Assembly (NCBI GenBank): GCA_963675755.2
Contig: CAXXMD010000002.1
Span: 32,001 to 96,000 of the forward strand
DNA length: 64,000 nucleotides
From: a bacterium
Lineage (GTDB): Bacteria; Zhuqueibacterota; Zhuqueibacteria; Residuimicrobiales; Krinioviventaceae
Reading direction: 5' to 3'
The notes below the pieces were generated by a model. That model searched no databases and was not told the origin of the DNA. It saw nothing but the letters and a program-made list of their open reading frames with translations. Numbering within the stretch: the stretch's first letter is position 1; each line of letters begins with the position of its first letter. Made by a program: the position numbers and the translations under genes. Below, piece after piece: positions 46,898 to 57,090 of this stretch.

Positions 46898-49246
46898 ATG
46901 TATCGTTATGTGTCAATGCTTTTGCTTTTCATATCTATACCGCTTTACTCACAATCACATAACCGTAAAATAGAATATACGGGCATTATTCAGGATGCCA
47001 AATCAAAAAGTCCGCTTGCAGGAGCAAATGTACTTTTGCCTGAACTGGATACCGGAACAACAACAAATGAACTGGGTGTTTTTACCTTTATGCTGCCGGC
47101 CGGTTCTTTTCAAATTAATGTTTCTTTTATGGGATACAAAACCCAATCATTTACTATTCATCCGGATAACAGTAATCGTGAAAAAGATGTTTATGAACTT
47201 GAACCCACTGTGTTATCTGCAAAAGAATTGTCCGTATCTGCTCAGGCTGATGATCCGGTGATCAACCGTTTTGAAATACAAGCCCGTGAAATACTAAAGG
47301 CACCGGCACCGCTTCCCGATGCATTGTTGACATTAAAGACACTTCCCGGAGTTTCTTCCAGAAATGATCTGAGCGCCTTGTATAGTGTACGAGGAGGGAA
47401 TTTTGATGAAAATCTTATATATGTTAATGGTTTCGAGATCCATCAACCTCAGGTTGTGCGTAAAGGAATAATGGAGAATCCCTCACTGGTAAACTCGGAA
47501 ATGCTGCAAGATATCAATCTACGAACAGGTGCTTTCTCTGTCAAATATGGAGACAAGCTTAGTTCCGTGCTGGATGTTAGTTATAAAGCTCCAACGGATA
47601 AAAGATTTGCCGGAACTGTTGATCTCAGTACCATCGGTGCAACCTCGGCGACGCAAATAAGATTATCTCCTGCATGGTCCATGTCGTTAGGATTACGCAA
47701 GTTGAATTACGGTTATCTAGTTGGAAATATTCAAAATCAGGAAACCCATTTTACACCGGATTATCAGGATGTTCAAGCAGTTTTGACGTGGCAGCCCGAT
47801 TCTTCTACCAGTCTGCAGATTCTGGGATTAAACGCTGAAAGCCGGTTTCATTCAGCTCCTGAATCATTTGCGTATTGGCGGGAAAATGAGGGCTATTACA
47901 AATTTGTCTATGATGGCTATGAAAACTTTGATTATAATACAGCATTACTAGCAGCAAGATTCCAAAAAGAATTTCAATCCATTCAGTGGAATGTGGGAGG
48001 TGCATGGTATAGACAGCGAGAAACTGAGAATACTCAGCTGGATGAAAACATGTTGTACAATTATTCATTCCGGGATGAACCTACCATGCAAGCCTATGAT
48101 GATTACCGGTATCGTTATCATTTTGTAAACAATCAATTTAAAAGTTACTATTATACCATAAATTCGGATGTTGAATGGTCTGTTTCACCTATTTGGACAA
48201 TCAAAACAGGTATTGATGTTAAACGATTTCGCATTTATGATGACTTGCAGGAAGAGCAAAAAGAGTTTAATGATGCTGGAACCAGTTTCCTGATCCCCAT
48301 GCACAATTACAATACCAGTGAATCTCATAACGGATACCTGCTTTCTCAATATACGCAAGCTGTATGGAGGCCCGCGTCTGATTGGCGTATTATTCCAGGA
48401 ATGCGCTGGACTGTTAGCACATTGAATCATGAACAACTATTCCTGCCACGAATCCAGGGTATTTGGCAAAAAAATGATACCTATGAGTATTTTGCCTCTG
48501 TGGGTAGATATGCACAACCGCCTTTGAACCGGGAATTCCAATTCCGAGACGGTCCTGATGAAGAACTACTTTCTCAGAAATCCTGGAATTTGACAGCCGG
48601 ACTCAGTCGTACTCCTCAACAAGGTCTTACATTACGTTTAGAGGCATATTATAAATCTCTCCAGGATATAATATCTTATGAGATTGAAGATGTGCAGATA
48701 CGATATTCAGGTACAAATGACGCCAGGGGTTATGTATATGGACTTGATGCATTTTTGCATGGTGAAATTGTAGAGGGAACAGAAAATTGGTTTAGTTATA
48801 GTTATATGGTCGCCAAAGAAGATATAATGGGTGATGATGAGGGATATGTTCCACGTCCTTCAGATCGCAGACACCAGTTGTCGTATTACATGGAAGACCG
48901 CATGAAAAAGTTTCCCAATTCTAAAATGCATATTCGTTTGGTTTATGGAACGGGTTTTCCATTTACATGGAAACGCTATGTTCTTAATTATGCTTCCGGT
49001 GAGTATGAATATTCACAAGGGAAGAGAAACAGTGACCGGTTATCCGCTTATCGTCGTTTCGATGCGGGATTCACTCAGGAATTCCGCATTGGTAAACGTT
49101 ATACAATAATTTTACGTGAAGAAGTATTGAACGTATTTAATAATATAAACATTCTTGGATATGATATTTCTTTTAATCGTAAAGTTGACCGCTATTTAAG
49201 CGGTCGTATTTACAATGTCGGGTGCCGGTTGGTTTTACATGAATGA
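46898..49246 (+). CDS. TonB-dependent receptor with N-terminal carboxypeptidase-regulatory-like domain
   Basis: Signal peptide; PLAGANV...GT.TN..G.F; plug LPGV...VRGG..DEN..Y.NG; GAF...YGDKLSSVLD; beta-barrel ending LNVFN..N. Confidence 0.9.
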   Translation: MYRYVSMLLLFISIPLYSQSHNRKIEYTGIIQDAKSKSPLAGANVLLPELDTGTTTNELGVFTFMLPAGSFQINVSFMGYKTQSFTIHPDNSNREKDVYELEPTVLSAKELSVSAQADDPVINRFEIQAREILKAPAPLPDALLTLKTLPGVSSRNDLSALYSVRGGNFDENLIYVNGFEIHQPQVVRKGIMENPSLVNSEMLQDINLRTGAFSVKYGDKLSSVLDVSYKAPTDKRFAGTVDLSTIGATSATQIRLSPAWSMSLGLRKLNYGYLVGNIQNQETHFTPDYQDVQAVLTWQPDSSTSLQILGLNAESRFHSAPESFAYWRENEGYYKFVYDGYENFDYNTALLAARFQKEFQSIQWNVGGAWYRQRETENTQLDENMLYNYSFRDEPTMQAYDDYRYRYHFVNNQFKSYYYTINSDVEWSVSPIWTIKTGIDVKRFRIYDDLQEEQKEFNDAGTSFLIPMHNYNTSESHNGYLLSQYTQAVWRPASDWRIIPGMRWTVSTLNHEQLFLPRIQGIWQKNDTYEYFASVGRYAQPPLNREFQFRDGPDEELLSQKSWNLTAGLSRTPQQGLTLRLEAYYKSLQDIISYEIEDVQIRYSGTNDARGYVYGLDAFLHGEIVEGTENWFSYSYMVAKEDIMGDDEGYVPRPSDRRHQLSYYMEDRMKKFPNSKMHIRLVYGTGFPFTWKRYVLNYASGEYEYSQGKRNSDRLSAYRRFDAGFTQEFRIGKRYTIILREEVLNVFNNINILGYDISFNRKVDRYLSGRIYNVGCRLVLHE

Positions 49247-49267
49247 AACAGATCAAGGGGGCTGTTT

Positions 49268-49867
49268 TTACAATGTAGCCCAAAATGCTTGTTTTAATTC
49301 TTGATACGTCGTTGTCACAGGGAACTGGGGGAACTCGTCAATGACATTTTGAGGGGGACGGAACAGGATGCCGGCATCCGCTTCTTTTAACATGGTTGTA
49401 TCGTTATATGAATCTCCGGCAGCAACAACTTTGAAATAAAGTTGTTTCAATGCCAAAACAGATTGTCTTTTTTGGTCTTTTTGACGTAATTGGTAGTCGA
49501 TAACCATACCCTTATCGTCAATAACCAGGCTGTTACAAAAAAGAGTAGGATAGTCCAGTTGTTTCATCAAAGGAGAGGCAAATTCATAAAAAGTATCTGA
49601 AAGGATGATAACCTGGAATTTTTCTTTCAACTCGTACAAAAAGTCTTTGGCACCATCAAGAGGCTCAAGCTGTGAAATGACATGTTGAATGTCAGATAAT
49701 CCAAGATTATGTGCTTTTAAAATATCCAGTCTTTGCTTCATGAGTACATCATAATCAGGGATATCTCGTGTAGTTGCGCGTAATTCATCAATGCCGGTAT
49801 GTTCAGCAAAATTTATCCAAATTTCCGGAACGAGTACACCTTCCAGGTCAAGACATGCTATGCTCAA
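49268..49867 (-). CDS. thrH: Phosphoserine phosphatase / homoserine phosphotransferase
   Basis: CLDLEGVLVPEIW, TTRDIPDYD.LM, ILSDTFYEF, AAGDSYNDT.ML; GGAG RBS, TTG start. Confidence 0.93.
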   Translation of the reverse strand: MSIACLDLEGVLVPEIWINFAEHTGIDELRATTRDIPDYDVLMKQRLDILKAHNLGLSDIQHVISQLEPLDGAKDFLYELKEKFQVIILSDTFYEFASPLMKQLDYPTLFCNSLVIDDKGMVIDYQLRQKDQKRQSVLALKQLYFKVVAAGDSYNDTTMLKEADAGILFRPPQNVIDEFPQFPVTTTYQELKQAFWATL

Positions 49868-50120
49868 AATTCTGTTCTCCTGTTATTGGTATTGTTTAAA
49901 TAAAGTAGTGAAAATTTAAAAAAAATAAAAGTATGAAATTGTTGAATCTATCGGGAAATCTCTATATCTTTAATGTGTTATACTCTATATATAAAAAATA
50001 ATGCAAAAATTTTTCTGCAATTGTATATTATTTTTATTAAATTAATACGATCAGATTTATATCTGGGGAAACAAGTTGTTTTATAAATTTCACAAATATG
50101 ATATTATCGAGGGAGATATC

Positions 50121-51098
50121 ATGTTAAAAGCATTCATGATTTGGATGCTCATATTACTACCGGCATTCACCTTAATGGCTGGCTCTGGCATTGGTGAGTC
50201 CGGATCTGTATTTATGACATCACTACCGCCCAATGCGCCCGAATTAAGCGCTCCAACCAATGGGCTGGCGTCTGTTCCTGATTCCGTTTTATTGACCTGG
50301 AGGTCACTCATCCACACCTCTGGTTTTAACGTTCAGGTTTCTACTGAGGATGATTTTAATACGCTGCTTTTAGATGAAACGGGGGTTGCTGATACCCTGT
50401 ATTTAATGAAAAATCTGGATTTTAGTACGCTTCATTATTGGCGTGTAAATGCGGTAAATGCTGCAGGTACAAGCCCATATTCTACCGTTTGGTCTTTTTC
50501 TACGTTGCAGCCATTGTCTGGTCCGCAATTAATGCGCCCTGAAGATGGAGCTTTTGTAGATAATGAGGGATTGGTATTAGAGTGGAATCCAATAGATGGA
50601 GCTATTGAATACCATTTGCAAGTCTCAGATAGCCCTGATTTTTCTAATTTAATAATTGAAGTGAGTGATATCCAGGAAACAAATTATGCATTGAATTTGG
50701 AGACGGGTAACGTTTGGTACTGGAGAGTAAGTGCAATAAATGAAGCCGGTGAAGGTGATTTCTCCGGTATTTGGTCGTTTTCTAATTTGGCAACTGACAT
50801 TGATAAAGAATCTATACCCAAAAATTTTGACTTGTTGCCAGCATACCCAAATCCTTTTAATCCTACAACGTTTATAACATACCATTTACCTAAAACTGCG
50901 GATGTATCATTGGTCATTTACAATAGTATGGGACAAGTGATCCGTAACCTTGAACGGGGTCAGCGCCAGGCTGGCCGCTATTCAATACAATGGGATACCC
51001 GAGATAATCACGGTATGCCTGTTACCAGTGGTATGTATTTATGCAGGTTCGAGTCAGATGGTCATGTTTTTATTCGTAAAATGATGCTGCTGCGCTAG
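50121..51098 (+). CDS. Secreted protein with two FN3-like domains and FlgD-Ig/T9SS-type CTD
   Basis: Signal peptide; two P.L..P.NG...W...Y..QVS...YWRV.A.N.AG...S..WSF units; AYPNPFNPTT, IYN.MGQ.IR.L, SGMYL, RKMMLLR. Confidence 0.9.
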   Translation: MLKAFMIWMLILLPAFTLMAGSGIGESGSVFMTSLPPNAPELSAPTNGLASVPDSVLLTWRSLIHTSGFNVQVSTEDDFNTLLLDETGVADTLYLMKNLDFSTLHYWRVNAVNAAGTSPYSTVWSFSTLQPLSGPQLMRPEDGAFVDNEGLVLEWNPIDGAIEYHLQVSDSPDFSNLIIEVSDIQETNYALNLETGNVWYWRVSAINEAGEGDFSGIWSFSNLATDIDKESIPKNFDLLPAYPNPFNPTTFITYHLPKTADVSLVIYNSMGQVIRNLERGQRQAGRYSIQWDTRDNHGMPVTSGMYLCRFESDGHVFIRKMMLLR

Positions 51099-51124
51099 AC
51101 CTGTTCTTTATATTTGAGGCGGAA

Positions 51125-54100
51125 ATGAAAAAAATAAAAATATTAATACTATTATTGTTTATAACCGGTCTGCTATATGCAGAAGATCCGGTTGTGCAGA
51201 ATGTTAGATTTGTTCAAAGAACTGACGGTTCTTTAAAAGCAGATATATATTATGATGTAATTGATTCTGATAATGATACACTGACCGTTACATTGGAAGC
51301 TTCGGATGATGATGGATTGACCTGGGAGTTACCTTGTAGTCATGTAAGTGGTGATGTTGGTGGCAGCATTTTGTCCGGGACTGATAAACATATTGTTTGG
51401 GATTTTTTAGCTGACAATCCGGGAGTTAGGGGAAGCAACTATCGTGTGCGTGTTATTGCTAATGATCAAAAAGAGCCCGGTATGGTATACATTAATGGTG
51501 GTTCATTTCAAATGGGAAGTGAATATGGCGAAGATGATGAATTGCCAATCCATTCTGTTACCGTAAATGGCTTTTATATTGACTTGTATGAAGTAACCAA
51601 TGATCTTTATGCTGCATTTTTAAATGATGCTATAGTAAATGATATGATTTCAGTTGTTGGCACAGTTGTCAAACAAGATACCACAACATTATTGGATTTT
51701 GATGATCCGGAATGCTATATAACTTTTTCTGAAAACACTTTTCAGGTAGAACAGGATAAAAAAGAATTACCGGTTACATTTGTGACCTGGTTTGGTGCAA
51801 ACGCCTATGCGGAATATTATAATAAACGTTTACCAACTGAAGCAGAATGGGAGTACGCTTCACGTGGGGGCAGCCTGAGCCAAAATTATTCATATAGTGG
51901 CAGTAATAATGTTGATGCAGTTGCATGGTATCAAAGAAATTCGAATGAAAGTCCGCAACCTGTTGGTCAGTTAGAGCCTAATGAATTGGGTCTCTATGAT
52001 ATGAGTGGTAATGTATGGGAATGGTGTGCTGATAAATATGATGCCGATTACTATAATTTCACTCCTTTAACAAATCCTAATGGTTCTTTTGATGATTTAA
52101 ATGCCCGGGTTTTAAGAGGCGGCGCATGGGATGATGCCAAGGTTAAAACCAAACCGGCAAACCGGAATCGTGATTATGCCTGGCAGGGTTCGAATAATCG
52201 TGGATTCCGTTGTGTCAAAGCAAATACTGAATTAACGCAGTTGAACAGTATTACAATATCACCTTTGGATACAACTGTGATAAATAGCGGGACTTTTCAA
52301 TTTGAATGTTTAGCTGAATATAGTGATGGTAGTAATGTGGATGTTACTAATTTTACCGAATGGTCTGTTGTATTTGGTATTAGTGGCTCTATTGAAAGCA
52401 ATGGTTTGTTTACTGCGAGTGAACTGGAAACCGGTACAGTACAAGTACAGGCTGCTTTTGATGGAATGGATCTGCAAACAACGGTCAACGTCAGATTTGA
52501 AATTATTCAGGGGGCTGGTACCGTTACGGATATTGATGGTAATTCTTATCAAACTGTTAAAATAGGTACACAATGGTGGATGGTAGAAAACCTTAGGGTA
52601 ACCCATTACCGCAATGGCGATCCAATTCCAAATATCCCCGGAGCAGATGATTGGATGACATTACAATCCGGAGCACTTTGTTATTATGATAATGATCAAG
52701 ATACATCTGCCGTTTATGGTGCTTTGTACAACTGGTATGCGTTAATAGACAATAGAAGTATAGCACCCAGGGGTTGGCATGTGCCAACTGAAGAAGAGTG
52801 GAACACCCTGGTTAACTTGTTGGGTGATGAAACCAATGCTGGCGGAAGTCTGAAAGAGTCCGGCACTGTGCATTGGCAAAGCCCTAATACAGGGGCTAGC
52901 AATGAAAGTGGTTTCACCGGTTTGCCTGGTGGTATTCGTGATTTTGACTCGGGATTCTTTCATATAGGAAAAATGGGATATTTCTGGTTCAAAGAAAGCA
53001 ATTCAAATAATCCCGTTGCAAAAATTTTGTCATACGATAATAATGGTGTAACCCAGGAAGGCGGAGAACCCAAATGTGGATTTTCGGTCCGTCTTATTCG
53101 TGATCAGAATGTAAATAATAATCCACCCACAGCATCGCTTGTTGTAACGCCTGAGACAGGTACAACCGAAACCGTCTTTACTTTTGATGCAACGGGAAGC
53201 ACAGATGACCATGATCAGCTAACTCAATTACAGGTTCGATGGGATTGGCAAGATGATGGGATTTGGGATACCGGATATTCCAGCACCAAAATAGTAACAC
53301 ATAAATTCGCCACCGCTATTTCAAGAACTGTAAAAATGCAGATTCGGGATATGGATGGCGTGAGCTCTGTAATTACAAAAGAGATTCGTGTCTATCAGGA
53401 TGATTTGCAGGTGACATTTCCCAATGGTGGAGAAACATTCAATACCGGTGATACGGAAATTATTCAATGGTTTATAAATGAACTTGATGAACGGGTATAT
53501 GTTGATCTGTTCCTGGGCGATGAATTTGTAACGCGTTTAAAAGATACGGGTACTGCTAATGATGGTGATTATACCTGGGATATTTCTTCAGATATTCCAT
53601 CCGGTAACCATTATCGGATTAGGATTTATGGTCTTTGGTCGAACACCACTGATTTCAGTGATGGATATTTTACTATCATGAATCAGGGTGAAGAACAACC
53701 GACGGGTACGGTATTGGATAATGATGGTAATCTCTATAAAACGATCAAAATTGGTGAGCAATGGTGGATGGCTGAAAATCTCCAGGTTACACATTACAGG
53801 AACGGAGATATTATTCCTAATGTAACTGATAATTCTGAATGGACAAATCTTGATTCCGGAGCTCTTTGTTATTATGATAATAATAAAACCAATAAAAATG
53901 ATTATGGCGCTTTATACAATTGGTATGCAATGAATGATACACGTAATATTGCACCTGCCGGATGGCATGTACCGACTGATACCGAATGGAAGCAACTCGA
54001 GATGTATTTAGGCATGAGCCAAACTGATGCTGATAATGAAAACTGGCGTGGAACGGATCAGGGTGGAAAATTAAAAGAGACCGGTACCAGCCACTGGAAC

Positions 54101-54340
54101 AATCCCAATACCGGAGCAACAAATGAAAGCGGCTTTACAGCCCGAGGTGGTGGATACCGTAGCTATTCATTTAATGGTGCTTTTGATGGTAAAGGACAAT
54201 ACGCTACCTTTGGAACGGCGACAGAATCTGATGCGCAAAATACCTGGCACCATTATCTCTATTTCAGTACTGATGAAGTAGGACGCGGAACTGCCAATAA
54301 AGCAGATGGGTTTACAGTCCGGTTGGTTAAGGATAATTGA
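51125..54340 (+). CDS. Large secreted multidomain protein: Ig-like, FGE-sulfatase (SUMF1-like), Big, FISUMP, PKD, Ig, FISUMP
   Basis: RLPTEAEWEYA.RGG/GLYDMSGNVWEW/GFRC; two D.DGN.Y.T.KIG.QWWM.ENL...YGALYNWYA...P.GWHVPT..EW...GFSVRL units; FDATGSTD..D...RWDW.DDG PKD. Confidence 0.9.
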   Translation: MKKIKILILLLFITGLLYAEDPVVQNVRFVQRTDGSLKADIYYDVIDSDNDTLTVTLEASDDDGLTWELPCSHVSGDVGGSILSGTDKHIVWDFLADNPGVRGSNYRVRVIANDQKEPGMVYINGGSFQMGSEYGEDDELPIHSVTVNGFYIDLYEVTNDLYAAFLNDAIVNDMISVVGTVVKQDTTTLLDFDDPECYITFSENTFQVEQDKKELPVTFVTWFGANAYAEYYNKRLPTEAEWEYASRGGSLSQNYSYSGSNNVDAVAWYQRNSNESPQPVGQLEPNELGLYDMSGNVWEWCADKYDADYYNFTPLTNPNGSFDDLNARVLRGGAWDDAKVKTKPANRNRDYAWQGSNNRGFRCVKANTELTQLNSITISPLDTTVINSGTFQFECLAEYSDGSNVDVTNFTEWSVVFGISGSIESNGLFTASELETGTVQVQAAFDGMDLQTTVNVRFEIIQGAGTVTDIDGNSYQTVKIGTQWWMVENLRVTHYRNGDPIPNIPGADDWMTLQSGALCYYDNDQDTSAVYGALYNWYALIDNRSIAPRGWHVPTEEEWNTLVNLLGDETNAGGSLKESGTVHWQSPNTGASNESGFTGLPGGIRDFDSGFFHIGKMGYFWFKESNSNNPVAKILSYDNNGVTQEGGEPKCGFSVRLIRDQNVNNNPPTASLVVTPETGTTETVFTFDATGSTDDHDQLTQLQVRWDWQDDGIWDTGYSSTKIVTHKFATAISRTVKMQIRDMDGVSSVITKEIRVYQDDLQVTFPNGGETFNTGDTEIIQWFINELDERVYVDLFLGDEFVTRLKDTGTANDGDYTWDISSDIPSGNHYRIRIYGLWSNTTDFSDGYFTIMNQGEEQPTGTVLDNDGNLYKTIKIGEQWWMAENLQVTHYRNGDIIPNVTDNSEWTNLDSGALCYYDNNKTNKNDYGALYNWYAMNDTRNIAPAGWHVPTDTEWKQLEMYLGMSQTDADNENWRGTDQGGKLKETGTSHWNNPNTGATNESGFTARGGGYRSYSFNGAFDGKGQYATFGTATESDAQNTWHHYLYFSTDEVGRGTANKADGFTVRLVKDN

Positions 54341-54368
54341 TAATGAGTGGAAAAAATTATTTAGAGAT

Positions 54369-54403
54369 AAAAAAAGACCGGTTTATTATCGGTCTTTTTT
54401 TTT
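54369..54403. terminator. Bidirectional intrinsic terminator
   Basis: AAAAAAAGACCGG...TCGGTCTTTTTTTTT between convergent genes. Confidence 0.85.
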
Positions 54404-54411
54404 GTGTTATA

Positions 54412-55269
54412 TTATTTTTGAAGCAATTTTTGTCTATTCTTTAAATAATGTTCAAGCAGGTCAAGCTTGTCTGTATTGAGGAAATCAACCTGTGCCAGTA
54501 TCAACTCGTTCCAGAACATGCGCTGATCAAGGATAGGATCTACATCTGTGCCCCAAAAGCGTACCCATTGCCCTTTTGCGTGTGCGGTTTTGGCAATAAT
54601 TGCCAATTTTTCTTTTTCTTTTGCGGGAATGGCTCCATTACCGTACCATTCAAATAAATCCTGCCAATTATTACTGATCATTGATACAAGTGATGCGGGA
54701 TAATCTGATTTTAAATCTGCAATACGTCCATCATAGCTTGTATAGCGAAGTGACTCTTTTGCCATGAGATCCAGAGACGGGCGATTACCGGACAGAATAA
54801 CTGCAACCGGACCTTTGATTGTTTTATTGTTTTTATAAATTGTCAACATGTCTTTATATTCTGCCAATACACGATTCAATGCTTGATAGGTTGCAAAAGA
54901 ATCGGATTTGATGTCTATGAGCAGTATTAATGGAAAATCTTTATTGAACCGGCAATCCGGAGATTTGACGAGTTCCTGTATCGGATCCAGATACATATGC
55001 TGTAATGTCATTCCCGGTTTTACATCCTCAATGTCATGAGCTACCAACAACTCATTGTTCACCAGGTGTATGTCTGCTTCAACACTGCTAAAATTGTGAT
55101 CTAAAGCATCGTAAAAAGGCCTACCATGGTTATAGTCATTGTGTGCATGTGCACGAGGCTGATAAAGAGGGTCTGATACTTTTTGATTGTTCGATTGACA
55201 AGAAAGTCCAAAGAGTATTATAATAAAAATCGTTGTATATCTGATAAAAAAGCGCATTTTCGTCTCCAT
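54412..55269 (-). CDS. PI-PLC/GDPD-superfamily phosphodiesterase lipoprotein
   Basis: Lipobox LSC; AHAHNDY, SVEADI, LVAHD, LLIDIK, VRFW, NTD. Confidence 0.85.
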   Translation of the reverse strand: METKMRFFIRYTTIFIIILFGLSCQSNNQKVSDPLYQPRAHAHNDYNHGRPFYDALDHNFSSVEADIHLVNNELLVAHDIEDVKPGMTLQHMYLDPIQELVKSPDCRFNKDFPLILLIDIKSDSFATYQALNRVLAEYKDMLTIYKNNKTIKGPVAVILSGNRPSLDLMAKESLRYTSYDGRIADLKSDYPASLVSMISNNWQDLFEWYGNGAIPAKEKEKLAIIAKTAHAKGQWVRFWGTDVDPILDQRMFWNELILAQVDFLNTDKLDLLEHYLKNRQKLLQK

Positions 55270-55332
55270 GGATTATTGAGGTTAAAATGTAAATGTAACA
55301 AGAAGAAAAGGGGAAATCAATTTAATTATGTA

Positions 55333-57087
55333 TTAATCCTGAAAAATAGGGCTCATTGTTATCATTTCCCCGAACTCGATAAAATCTTTCAGTTTTATTA
55401 TTTCTTCTGAAAATGGCCGGTCTTCTATAACCGGAGGAAACAATGTTGACACATGGGTCAATATTTGTTCGCATACGGGATTTATCAATCGGTCTTCCGG
55501 TTTAATGGGATAATGCTCTCTAACAGCGATTTCCATTTCAAATGGATTTTTAAGGATTTCCAGTTCTTTTTGCATCTTGTGCAGTTTCTGGTTGGTCTTT
55601 TCAGAAACCGGCACTTTGGAGGGGATGTGTGGCAGTTTTTTACGGATAGCTGCCGCCTGGTTTATAAAAGCAAGCTCAATAGCCAGTAACTGCGCCAGTT
55701 TAGGCAGAGTTTTACGGGCCCGTACCGCTACATCCGTGCCCATGCTGACATGGTCTTCCTGTCCTGTATTGGTAGGGATATTGTAAAGATGGTTCGGCAT
55801 GGCTTCTCCCCAGATAGAGTTTGCAAGTGCTGCCGAAGTATATTCCAGCATCATCATACCGCTTGAAATCGCTTTTTGGCTTTCTGAAAGATCAGGCCAT
55901 TTCAAGTCCCTGCCCAAACCCTTGTTCAGATTGGCATCCACATAACGCGCACATCTGCGATTCACAAGAGACGCCATTATGCCCATGGCTTGAATTAGAT
56001 TATATACCCTTACAGCTACCGGCATACCATGAAAATGCCCACCGGATACAATATCCACATATTTACCATAATACGGATCATCCGTCTTCCAGCCGTATTC
56101 TTTATCTGCGGGGAGAATAAGTGGATTGTCGGTCACGCTGTTTGCTTCCCTGAGGAGTGCGGCCTGGCTTTCGTCAATCAATTCAGCGCATGTTCCTAAA
56201 ATCTGAGCAGAGCAGCGTATATTATATGGGTCCTGGATCTCTCCGTCAATACGATAATCCCGGTGTGCTTCACGTAAAGGTGAATCTTTCATCAGGGCAT
56301 ATATCCATTTCGCAACTTTGACAGCCCCGGGATGAGGACGGAGTTGGTGCAGGTCTTCACAGAATGGTGTTTCAGGGGCCAGCATTACCTGAGCGGTCAT
56401 GGCTGACTGAATTGCTGCGGTTTTAATATAGGTTTGCATTTTACCGCAAACATCTAGCCCAATTGCAGTCATATACTGAACGCCATTGTTGAGCGCCAAT
56501 CCTTCTTTCATCTGCAGGCGTATGGGTACCAGTCCTGATTTACGATAAGCATCAGTTGCATCCATGAGCATACCTTGGTAACGCACCTGACCTTTTCCCA
56601 GCATTCCTAGTGCGATATGAGAGAGGGGGGCAAGATCACCGCTGGCTCCAACTGAACCCAATTCCGGGACGATTGGCAGCATGTCATGATTGAGCATGCT
56701 TAAAATGTGTTCAACCAGACATGAACGTATGCCACTGTTGCCGCGGGATAGGGATTGGGCCCGTAATAACATGGTAATACGGATAATCTCATCCGGTGCA
56801 GGGTCACCAACACCCACACAATGCGAGATGATCAGGTTTTCCTGTAATGCGGAAAGGTGTGCATCGTCAACTGCCAGATCAACATTGTGCCCAAAACCCC
56901 GGTTAAACCCATATGCCGGGTATTTTTGAGATGTCACAAACTCTACAATGTCTTTACGACGACTGTCAAGCAGTGCGCGGGTATCATCTGCCAGTTTAAA
57001 TTTTAACTGGTTTTGAGCGCAAGCAGTAATCTCTGAAAGAGAGATGTCTTTATTGTGATGAATGATGAGTACGTTTTTATCGGCCAT
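55333..57087 (-). CDS. hutH: Histidine ammonia-lyase
   Basis: MIO-forming GASGDLAPL, LQENLIISH, KEGLALNNG, QDPY..RC, TDNP, SGGHFHG, QEDHVSMG; hut context. Confidence 0.88.
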   Translation of the reverse strand: MADKNVLIIHHNKDISLSEITACAQNQLKFKLADDTRALLDSRRKDIVEFVTSQKYPAYGFNRGFGHNVDLAVDDAHLSALQENLIISHCVGVGDPAPDEIIRITMLLRAQSLSRGNSGIRSCLVEHILSMLNHDMLPIVPELGSVGASGDLAPLSHIALGMLGKGQVRYQGMLMDATDAYRKSGLVPIRLQMKEGLALNNGVQYMTAIGLDVCGKMQTYIKTAAIQSAMTAQVMLAPETPFCEDLHQLRPHPGAVKVAKWIYALMKDSPLREAHRDYRIDGEIQDPYNIRCSAQILGTCAELIDESQAALLREANSVTDNPLILPADKEYGWKTDDPYYGKYVDIVSGGHFHGMPVAVRVYNLIQAMGIMASLVNRRCARYVDANLNKGLGRDLKWPDLSESQKAISSGMMMLEYTSAALANSIWGEAMPNHLYNIPTNTGQEDHVSMGTDVAVRARKTLPKLAQLLAIELAFINQAAAIRKKLPHIPSKVPVSEKTNQKLHKMQKELEILKNPFEMEIAVREHYPIKPEDRLINPVCEQILTHVSTLFPPVIEDRPFSEEIIKLKDFIEFGEMITMSPIFQD

Positions 57088-57090
57088 ATG

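Noticed and set aside
52510-54340. Two similar FISUMP-coding segments as a DGR TR/VR pair
   Set aside because: Both are in-frame parts of one CDS, the differences I compared involve all bases rather than only adenines, and there is no reverse transcriptase in the window.
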